A stretch of 64,000 nt of DNA from a virus (taxonomy: Duplodnaviria > Caudoviricetes). The translations under genes and the position numbers were made by a program. The DNA is taken from the IMG/VR virus record IMGVR_UViG_3300033066_002255, one strand, 5' to 3'. Shown here in pieces: positions 37,876 to 46,265 of the stretch (the stretch's first letter is position 1; each line of letters opens with the position of its first letter). The notes under the pieces are model-generated. The model worked only from the letters and a program-made list of their open reading frames with translations. It had not been told where the DNA came from and searched no databases.

Positions 37876-39996
37876 ATGTCAATAAAAGCGATAAATTTCA
37901 AATTTAATGGGACTACAACTGGAATTACAACATATGATTCCTCATTGACGAATCTTGGAACATTAATTAAACAATATTCAGGAGTTACTAATCAAGATGT
38001 TTTTGCGGGTCCAGCCAAGATAGGTATGGCTAGACCAATGGAACAATCAACTGCCATACCTTCAATATATCCACATGTTATAACATTTTCAGATAGTATT
38101 GATTGGGTTTTTTTAGCAGATAATGCTACAGCTGCAGCAACAAGAAGGATTGTAATGTATGAATATAATAAAAATACATCAGAATTTAATTGGAAAGGTT
38201 TTATTACACTTACTTATCCAGCAGCAACAGTAGGACATACTATAAGAGGCTTTAAGGTTGTTAGAGAATTATACACCTCTGGAACAACAGCTGCAAGTGG
38301 GACAGCTGTTACTGGAACAGGTAGTGCATGGAGTACAGATAGAATGTCAGTTGGCTGCAGAATAGGTTTTGGTTCTTCAGACCCAGCTCAAGTTACAGAA
38401 TGGGCTAATATAAGTGCTGTTGGAAGCGATACTGGAATCACACTTTCTACAGCTCTATCTGGAACATATACTGCTGGAACACCATATGTTATTGAAGATA
38501 TGATTATTATTACTTCAACCGCAAATACAACTGCAACAAATGGTGGTTTATTTATTACTAAAGGTATTGCGGCAAATATATTTACATCCGTTGGAACCAC
38601 AATACCAGCAGCTGTAGCAACAGATAACATTAGAGCTGTATATTGGCTTGCAGATGCTGCTGTAGTTACTAATACTGCACCATGTGGAGCAGCTATACAA
38701 GAAAAAACATCATGGGTTTCTGCTAGTACTTACGTTTTAGATGTAGCTACAGCAAAGGTTTTTGTTTATAATTTTAGAAAAGCATTAACATTAGCTTCAG
38801 GAAAGGATACAACAACGCTATTGCTAAAGACAGGTAATCAGGCAGTTACAGGTACAATTTCCACAACAAATAATGGTCGTCTTGGAGTTCTTAATCATGG
38901 GCCAGGAATTGGAGTCGAATCACTTTATTTTGTTACGACAACAAGATGTTATAGAGCAGCTGTTTCAGCTATAACAAATTCATCCACATCTTGGATTAGT
39001 GATGTTATGGTAGAGATTCCACCAGGAGGAGTAAATACCTACTTAGCTACAGGTGCATTATCATCTTGTGAATTATCTTCTGGTATTGATAGGTTAGTTA
39101 TAGCATCAACAGGAACAGCTGGGGCTAGAAGCTATGTTACAGAGTATAATACAATTTCTACTCCATTTAATCATATTTTTTTAAATGATGATAAACAACA
39201 AGACCAATCTATTTCTGATTCTGGAGGAGTTGCTCATCCAGTTATTTTAGCTTCTCCTATGTCGGTATGGTCTGAAAATGGTGTTTTGTATTTAGCTAGA
39301 ATAGGTACTACTGCTGCGATTAATCAGGTATATACTTTGCCAATAGGAGCACATCAAACATATGCTATTGATGATAGTCAAATGTTAATTACGCCTAAAA
39401 TTGATATAAGTGATTCAAATAAATTATATAGTTTTACCCCAAAATATATTAGTAAACTTGGAACTGATACATTTTCTTTGCCATCAGAACCTTTTAAAAT
39501 GTTCTATAGGACTACTGGAATTTCAGATAATACTGGTAGTTGGACCGAATTAGATTATTTTGGAGACTTAACAAGTGTTAGTGCAAGTGAAATTCAGTTT
39601 ATGTTTATTTTTAAAATTTTAGGTACAACGTGTATTCCGTCTAGGATTATGGGTTTTACATTAACTTATGAAGATAATACAACAGATAGTCATTATGAAC
39701 CAAGTGTAGGAAATTCTTCTGTTACTAATAGAATTTTTGCTTATAGACAAAGAACTTTATGGAGTAGTAATATACCAAATTTAAAAATAAGAATATACAA
39801 TGCTGTAACAGGTAGTTTGGTTTTAGAAGATGATATATTGTCTTCAGCATTTGGTACATTTGAATATTCAACAGACGGAGGCTCAAACTGGTTGTCATGG
39901 AATGCAACAGCTGATGTTGTTTCAAATTATATAAGATATACAGCCACATCTCTTCCAAGCGGAATAAGAGTGCGTTCATTATTAACACAAGCATAA
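37876..39996 (+). CDS. Large putative virion structural / receptor-binding protein
   Basis: Thr/Ser/Gly-rich; GTAVTGTGSAW motif; FEYSTDGG.NW Asp-box-like motif. Confidence 0.65.
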   Translation: MSIKAINFKFNGTTTGITTYDSSLTNLGTLIKQYSGVTNQDVFAGPAKIGMARPMEQSTAIPSIYPHVITFSDSIDWVFLADNATAAATRRIVMYEYNKNTSEFNWKGFITLTYPAATVGHTIRGFKVVRELYTSGTTAASGTAVTGTGSAWSTDRMSVGCRIGFGSSDPAQVTEWANISAVGSDTGITLSTALSGTYTAGTPYVIEDMIIITSTANTTATNGGLFITKGIAANIFTSVGTTIPAAVATDNIRAVYWLADAAVVTNTAPCGAAIQEKTSWVSASTYVLDVATAKVFVYNFRKALTLASGKDTTTLLLKTGNQAVTGTISTTNNGRLGVLNHGPGIGVESLYFVTTTRCYRAAVSAITNSSTSWISDVMVEIPPGGVNTYLATGALSSCELSSGIDRLVIASTGTAGARSYVTEYNTISTPFNHIFLNDDKQQDQSISDSGGVAHPVILASPMSVWSENGVLYLARIGTTAAINQVYTLPIGAHQTYAIDDSQMLITPKIDISDSNKLYSFTPKYISKLGTDTFSLPSEPFKMFYRTTGISDNTGSWTELDYFGDLTSVSASEIQFMFIFKILGTTCIPSRIMGFTLTYEDNTTDSHYEPSVGNSSVTNRIFAYRQRTLWSSNIPNLKIRIYNAVTGSLVLEDDILSSAFGTFEYSTDGGSNWLSWNATADVVSNYIRYTATSLPSGIRVRSLLTQA

Positions 39997-39998
39997 AT

Positions 39999-40166
39999 AT
40001 GATAAATTTAGAAAAAGGTGAAAGATTAGTTTCAGATGAAACATTAGTTGTTTTTGAAGGTGGTGAATATAATGAATTTGATTTAGTTCTTGTAGCTAAA
40101 GAAAATGAAGATAAACCAATATATCAATTTCAAGCTTATTTTATAAAAAACGGAGAAAATATATGA
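39999..40166 (+). CDS. 55-aa hypothetical protein (not in track)
   Basis: MINLEKGERLVSDE...KNGENI*; fills the operon gap; ATGA overlap with the next ORF. Confidence 0.6.
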   Translation: MINLEKGERLVSDETLVVFEGGEYNEFDLVLVAKENEDKPIYQFQAYFIKNGENI

Positions 40167-40318
40167 TTGATGATATAGTATTTGAGTTTTGTAGTTTTAT
40201 ATTAGAATTACCAATAGACTCCCCTGGTGGTAATATTAATTCATATTCTTTGGATGGATTTGGCTATGATTTTAATCAGACTTCAGGAGGAGAAACAAGT
40301 TACACGTTTATAATATAA
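40163..40318 (+). CDS. 51-aa hypothetical protein (not in track)
   Basis: MIDDIVFEF...SGGETSYTFII*; coupled to both neighbours. Confidence 0.55.
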   Translation: MIDDIVFEFCSFILELPIDSPGGNINSYSLDGFGYDFNQTSGGETSYTFII

Positions 40319-40319
40319 T

Positions 40320-40628
40320 ATGGAAGCAAGAACAGGTCAAACAATTATAGAAAATTTTTTTTCTTTAGATGTGGATAATAATCCATTATCTGGAGCTACT
40401 TTTGATGTAGTGTCAATAAAAGATGGATTTCCATTTACAGGAATAACTGTATCTACAACTTTATCAGATGCTTCACTTGGTCTATTTTATGCGAGTTGGT
40501 CAGCAGATACAACTGGAGATTATCAACTTTATATAAAAAATAATTTAACAAATGTAATTTATATTACTGATAGAGTTAGTGTTTTACCAGATAGCGAATT
40601 TGACCAAAATATATTTATTGGTTTATAA
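40320..40628 (+). CDS. Small Ig-like putative virion protein
   Basis: PLSGATF...GLFYASW..DTTGDYQL. Confidence 0.6.
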   Translation: MEARTGQTIIENFFSLDVDNNPLSGATFDVVSIKDGFPFTGITVSTTLSDASLGLFYASWSADTTGDYQLYIKNNLTNVIYITDRVSVLPDSEFDQNIFIGL

Positions 40629-40654
40629 AATATTTTTAAAGGTATTTATATAGT

Positions 40655-41800
40655 ATGAGTACTTTAATATATCTTGAGCCTAGAGACAATCCTGAATATT
40701 TTTTCAGGCAATTAATTCATGATATAAATACCAATTTTAGCGCAGGAACATCTGGCTCTGGAGGTGGCAGTCCTATACAAAATGGTTTAAATACCTACAC
40801 TGGAGGAACAGTATCTGCACAAACAATAAATGTATCAGCTCTAACTATAAATAATATTTATGTTAGTGGAGGTTCATTGTTTAATACTATTAGTGGAACT
40901 TCAGCATTTATTTCTAATGCTAATTCTACAACATATACTTCAGCACAAACAGGAACTTTATTACATATAATTTCTAATGGTTCCACAAATGGTCGTATAA
41001 GTTTAGATACATATGCGGCAGCCAATACATTTGGAGCTGTATTTCAAGGAAGAAAAGCAAGAGGGACAAATACGGCTCCAAGCGCAGCTCTTAAGGATGA
41101 TACATTAGCATTGATTGGTGGTGATGGCTATGGAACAACAAATTTCCACGGTTCATCAATTGGCGCATTCTTGGTTAAAGCTGAACAAACTTTAACAGAT
41201 ACAAGTGCTCCAACTTATCTTTCATTTTTTGTTACTCCGACAGGTTCAACAGCATCTACTGAAAAATGGAGAATAAGTAGTAATGGAAACTTAAGCAATA
41301 ATTTAACAGCAGGAACTGCAATATTTACAATTAAAAATGCAAGTGGTAATACTGAGTCTGCTCAGAATTTATTTGAAGGACAGAACTCAGGAGGAACAAT
41401 AACTTCTTTTATTAGAGCTGATGGTTCTATGAGCGCAGTAACTTTATCGGCTTCAAGTGTGTATGCAGATAATTTATTAACAAAGAGTTTATTTGTAACA
41501 GCATCTACAACAACAGCAATTGTAAGTGTTGGAGCAAATTTAGTAAATTGTTCATTTACAGCTTTAACTTCATCTTTGACAATTCAAACAACTGGTACAG
41601 CAAATAATTTTGATAAAATGGTTGTAAGAATTAAAGATAATGGAACAGCAAGAGCAATTACATTTGATTCAACTTATTTTGAAGCTAAGGGGCAAGCACT
41701 TCCAACAACAACTGTAATATCCAAGGTTTTAACAGTTGGTTTTATATATGATTCTATTACAGGAAAGTTTGGATGTGTATCAGTTGCACAAGAAATTTAA
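40655..41800 (+). CDS. Putative tail fibre protein
   Basis: IQNGLNTYTGGT module; RKARGT..AP; EKWRISSNGN; tip domain IKDNGTARAITF...LPTTT. Confidence 0.7.
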   Translation: MSTLIYLEPRDNPEYFFRQLIHDINTNFSAGTSGSGGGSPIQNGLNTYTGGTVSAQTINVSALTINNIYVSGGSLFNTISGTSAFISNANSTTYTSAQTGTLLHIISNGSTNGRISLDTYAAANTFGAVFQGRKARGTNTAPSAALKDDTLALIGGDGYGTTNFHGSSIGAFLVKAEQTLTDTSAPTYLSFFVTPTGSTASTEKWRISSNGNLSNNLTAGTAIFTIKNASGNTESAQNLFEGQNSGGTITSFIRADGSMSAVTLSASSVYADNLLTKSLFVTASTTTAIVSVGANLVNCSFTALTSSLTIQTTGTANNFDKMVVRIKDNGTARAITFDSTYFEAKGQALPTTTVISKVLTVGFIYDSITGKFGCVSVAQEI

Positions 41801-41819
41801 TAAATAAAAAAATAAATAT

Positions 41820-42032
41820 ATGGGACTATTTGACCAATCAGAGAAAGCTAATGCCGCTCAACAAATAAAAATATGGTATGATACTTCTATTAGTAGTATT
41901 AATCAAGCTATATTTTATAAGGAAAATTTAGTTAAACAATTAGAATTGATGAAAACAAATTCTGATTATAATCAGCAAGATTGTGATGATGTACAAGCTT
42001 TGATTGATGATATAAATTCAAAATTATCTTAA
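41820..42032 (+). CDS. Small helical hypothetical protein (possible fibre chaperone)
   Basis: 70-aa ORF between fibre genes. Confidence 0.55.
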   Translation: MGLFDQSEKANAAQQIKIWYDTSISSINQAIFYKENLVKQLELMKTNSDYNQQDCDDVQALIDDINSKLS

Positions 42033-42039
42033 TAATTAA

Positions 42040-44424
42040 ATGGCAACAAGAACTGTAACAGTAGGTGGCGGAAATTATAATTCAATTGCAACTTGGATGG
42101 AAGGTGCTGTTCCAACAACAGCAGATGCTATTGTGTTTTCAGCTAATTCTGGAAATTTAACAATAAATGTTTCCAGTTCAGCTTCAACGGTTAATTTTAC
42201 AAATTATACAGGTACAGTCACAGTTAATGCTACTTGGTTTGTATTTGGAGATATAAATTTTGGAACAGGTGGATACAATTACGCAGGTTCAAATTCACTT
42301 GCGCCATCTGCAACATCAACAATAACATCAAATGGAACAGCTTGGAAAGGAAATATTCAACTTCTTGGTACAAATAAAACATACACACTTGCAGATGATA
42401 TGACCTTAAATGGTACATTAACTATGCAAAACACTACTACTGCTGCTATTAATGGGAATAGATTATTTTGTAAAGGAAATCTAACAGTTGTGTCTGGTAA
42501 ATATTCGGGTACAACAGAAGTTGTAATGTATGGAACAGGAACAATTTCTGGTGGAAATTCAGCTGCTTATTTAATGAATGACTTAACAATTGCGCCAACT
42601 GGAACAACAACTTTTGGTTCTTCTTTTGTTTATAACACAGGAACTTTAAAGTATGTATCAGGCACAGTTATTACAACAGGAAGTACTTTAACTATTGCTG
42701 CTTCTACAACATTAAACACGAGTGGTATAATTTGGAACAATATAAATTTCACTGCTAATTCAACAATAGCATTGTTAAGTGATTTAGTATCTATTGGCAC
42801 TGTTTCTCACTACATTGGAAGTACAATAACATTCAATAATTTTAATTTTTATATTGGTGGAAATATTTCTTTATCGAATGGTAGGATATTTAATGGCACA
42901 ACTAAAATAATATTTAATACTTCAACTTCACAAAATATTTACGTAGATGGTGCTTATTTAGGAGGTATAAGAAATGATTTAGATATTAATGCAACGGGTA
43001 CTGTAGATATTAACTGGCTTTCATACGGTGGTGGCACACTAAATTATATAGCAGGTAATGTTATCTTCTCAGGTTCTAAAAATTTAGCTATTAATGCTTC
43101 TTGCACATTAGATGTAAGTGGAATTAATTGGAGTAATATAGGTACGGGTTATTCATCTACAATAACATTAGCATCTGATTTAACTTGCGAAAATACATTT
43201 AATATAGCACTCGGAAGTCTTATTGTTAACGGCTCAACACTTTACTGTAAAGGTAGTTTAATATTTTCTTCTGGAGGGGGTAATAGTGTAAGGGGAACAA
43301 CAAATATTGAATTTACTGGCAGCGCATCAGGTACTTGGATGTCAAATACTACGAATAATGCGTGGAGAAATAATGTTACTATAAATAAATCAGGTGGCAC
43401 GTTAACAATAGGAACACTTTTAGCGTATAATACAGGTACATTAACTTATTTAAGTGGTAATGTTATTACCACAGGTTCAACATTAAATATGGTTTTAGTA
43501 GATAATAACACAATACTTGATACAAGTGGAATGATTTGGAATAATATAACAGTAACAGAAGCTGCAAGTAGAATACTTAATCTTGCAAGTGATTTAAATT
43601 ATTCTGGAACAGGAAAATTCGGTTCAAGTTCTCAATTGCTTACATTAAGTGGTGCAAATATTAATGTACTTGGAAGTGGAATTTTTACGGCAAATGATGG
43701 TCACGGTTCACCAGTAAGTGGTGTAACAACACAAGTTAATTTACTTGGCGATAATGTTAGTTTTAATGATTGTGCTTGGAGTGGAGGTAATTTTTCAGCT
43801 CAATGGGCACTTCCAATTAATATTAATACAAATGGTACTTGTACAATTACTGGAAGGCTTACACCAACAAATAATTTTATTCTTAATTATTCAGCTGGAA
43901 CTGTTTTATTTGCTGACGGTTTTAATCCTAAATCACTTCAGCCTTTGGCAGGTTCTAATACACAATATAATTTAAGCGGAATGACTTGGGACAGTCCAAT
44001 AACAGGGGCTTCTGGAACACTTACGTTTAATACTCCTTTTTTAAGTAATTCAAGTCTTGTTTTTGGTACAAGTGGCAATTTAATATTAGATGGAAATGCA
44101 GGAGCAACATTCGCTTCTTTAACTGGAGTAACAGCTGGAAGGTTTATGACCTTAAAAAATGGAAATATATATAATATTACAAATAATTTAACAATAAGCG
44201 GTACATCTATTTCAAAAATAACTTTGCAATCTTCAGCTTCTTCATCTGCATTTTTTAATCTTCAATATGGAGCAACTCAAAATGTAAAAAATACAAATGC
44301 AACTTGGATTAATTCAATAGGTGGACAAACTATTTATGTGAATGCTGGTAGTACACTTTCCAATACAGTTAATTGGAATGTTGGAACATATTATGAGCCA
44401 AGCAATTTCTTAATGATGTTTTAA
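42040..44424 (+). CDS. Beta-helix/solenoid putative adhesin or tailspike
   Basis: GNYNSIATW..G.VP...D.IVF start; repeats YNTGTL.Y.SG.VITTGSTL and SG(I/M).WNNI. Confidence 0.65.
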   Translation: MATRTVTVGGGNYNSIATWMEGAVPTTADAIVFSANSGNLTINVSSSASTVNFTNYTGTVTVNATWFVFGDINFGTGGYNYAGSNSLAPSATSTITSNGTAWKGNIQLLGTNKTYTLADDMTLNGTLTMQNTTTAAINGNRLFCKGNLTVVSGKYSGTTEVVMYGTGTISGGNSAAYLMNDLTIAPTGTTTFGSSFVYNTGTLKYVSGTVITTGSTLTIAASTTLNTSGIIWNNINFTANSTIALLSDLVSIGTVSHYIGSTITFNNFNFYIGGNISLSNGRIFNGTTKIIFNTSTSQNIYVDGAYLGGIRNDLDINATGTVDINWLSYGGGTLNYIAGNVIFSGSKNLAINASCTLDVSGINWSNIGTGYSSTITLASDLTCENTFNIALGSLIVNGSTLYCKGSLIFSSGGGNSVRGTTNIEFTGSASGTWMSNTTNNAWRNNVTINKSGGTLTIGTLLAYNTGTLTYLSGNVITTGSTLNMVLVDNNTILDTSGMIWNNITVTEAASRILNLASDLNYSGTGKFGSSSQLLTLSGANINVLGSGIFTANDGHGSPVSGVTTQVNLLGDNVSFNDCAWSGGNFSAQWALPININTNGTCTITGRLTPTNNFILNYSAGTVLFADGFNPKSLQPLAGSNTQYNLSGMTWDSPITGASGTLTFNTPFLSNSSLVFGTSGNLILDGNAGATFASLTGVTAGRFMTLKNGNIYNITNNLTISGTSISKITLQSSASSSAFFNLQYGATQNVKNTNATWINSIGGQTIYVNAGSTLSNTVNWNVGTYYEPSNFLMMF

Positions 44425-44484
44425 GCGTTTTATACACAAAACCCCATTTAAAATATTCTAAACTATTTATTATCAAAAGATTAT

Positions 44485-46215
44485 ATGAATTTAGACTTAT
44501 TTCGTTTACAAGAAAAGATAAATTGCGCAAAAAGTCCAGTACATTATTTAAATACATATGGTTATGTTTTTGATGCTAAACAAAAAAAAGTAGCAAAAAT
44601 GACCTGCTTTAAATATCAGGAAAAATGTGTAAAAGATTTTCATAAATTTCAAAATAATATTGTTTTAAAATCAAGACAAACAGGTTTATCTGTTGTTACT
44701 GCAGGTTATGTAGCTTGGAGATTAATGTTTAGATATGATGAAAAAATATTAATCATTGCCAATGAAGGAGCAGGAGCAAGAAGGTTCTTGGCTACTGTTA
44801 AACAATTTATTGAGAATACTCCAGAATGGTTAAGACCAGAAGGTGTACCAACAAACAATCAAACTAAATTAGAGCTTTCTAATAAGTCTTGGGTTGAAGC
44901 AAAAGCTTCAAGTCCTAATGCTGGTCGTGGAGAATCTCTTACAATGCTTATTTTAGATGAAACAGCATTTATTAAAGATGACCAAGATATTTGGATGGGT
45001 GCTGGTATGGCGCTTTCAGCTACAAAAGGTAAATGTATTATGATTTCTACTCCAAACGGTACGGGAAATCTTTATCATCAAACATGGGTAGCTTCTCTTA
45101 ATAAAGAAAATGATTTTAATGGACTTGAAGTTCATTGGACAGAAAATCCAAATTCTGCAGTAGGTTTAGAATTTAGAAAGGCACCAGGTGGAGAAGATAT
45201 TCCATGGAGTCCTTGGTATGAAGAACAATGTAGAAGACTTGCTTATGATAGTGTAAAAATTGCACAAGAATTAGATTTATCTTTTGAGGGCTCTAAATAT
45301 CTTGCTATTGAAGGTGCTTTAATTGAAAAATATGAAAAAACAATTAAAAAGAAAAAACCTAATTTTTATATTAAGTATGATTTTTTAGATAAGGGTAAAC
45401 CAACATCTGGAAGGTTCGTAAGTGATGAAACCAATTTTCATGTTTGGAAACAACCAGAGAAAAATAAATCCTACATTATTGGAGTGGACGTTGCTAGAGG
45501 TGATGGAAAAGATTATTCTACAATACAAGTTTTTGATGTAGAAAATCTTGAGCAAGTAGCTGAGTATAGAGATAAGGTTGGAGTCGATTTATTACCTCAT
45601 TTAATAGACTGGGTAGGCAGAATTTATAATGAAGCTTTTGCTGTAGTAGAGGCTAACTCTTTTGGCTTAAGTGTAGGCTTTGATTTAAGAGATAAATTTC
45701 ATTATAGAAGATTATTTTATTCAAAGAATGTACAGGATATTCATGTAAGGCCAACTGATTATAAAGTTCCAGAAGGAATAGAAATCCCAGGATTTCAAAC
45801 AACAAAAAAAACTAGGCCAATGTTGATTAAATCTATTATTGAACACATGAGAGAAGGAAGTTTAATATTAAATTCTCCAAGGCTGTTAGCTGAAATGAAA
45901 ACTTTTATTATGAAAGGAGACAGACCAGAAGCTGAAAGTGGTTATAATGATGATTTAATTTTTTCACTAGGATTAGCATTATATATCAGAGATACTGAAT
46001 ATAACAATGTTTCTTTATCTGCAAATATGTATAAAAGCATGCTTGATGCATTTACTGTGAGCAATAGTTCTTCTGTAGGTAATTCTAATGACTTTAATAT
46101 TAAAAATAGTAAAGATATTCCAGATGTACCAAGTGGAGGCGGAGGAATATTCTTAAGTGGAGGAAATAATTCAGATAATGATGACGATAATGATTTTGGA
46201 TGGTTATTAAAATAA
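44485..46215 (+). CDS. gp17: Terminase large subunit (gp17-like)
   Basis: KSRQTGLS, ILDETAF, ISTPNG, IGVDVARG, VEAN, GF.TT..TRP, NDDL. Confidence 0.95.
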   Translation: MNLDLFRLQEKINCAKSPVHYLNTYGYVFDAKQKKVAKMTCFKYQEKCVKDFHKFQNNIVLKSRQTGLSVVTAGYVAWRLMFRYDEKILIIANEGAGARRFLATVKQFIENTPEWLRPEGVPTNNQTKLELSNKSWVEAKASSPNAGRGESLTMLILDETAFIKDDQDIWMGAGMALSATKGKCIMISTPNGTGNLYHQTWVASLNKENDFNGLEVHWTENPNSAVGLEFRKAPGGEDIPWSPWYEEQCRRLAYDSVKIAQELDLSFEGSKYLAIEGALIEKYEKTIKKKKPNFYIKYDFLDKGKPTSGRFVSDETNFHVWKQPEKNKSYIIGVDVARGDGKDYSTIQVFDVENLEQVAEYRDKVGVDLLPHLIDWVGRIYNEAFAVVEANSFGLSVGFDLRDKFHYRRLFYSKNVQDIHVRPTDYKVPEGIEIPGFQTTKKTRPMLIKSIIEHMREGSLILNSPRLLAEMKTFIMKGDRPEAESGYNDDLIFSLGLALYIRDTEYNNVSLSANMYKSMLDAFTVSNSSSVGNSNDFNIKNSKDIPDVPSGGGGIFLSGGNNSDNDDDNDFGWLLK

Positions 46216-46265
46216 ACTATTTATTTTATCCAAATTCTTATCTATATTTTTAAAAATAATTTAAA

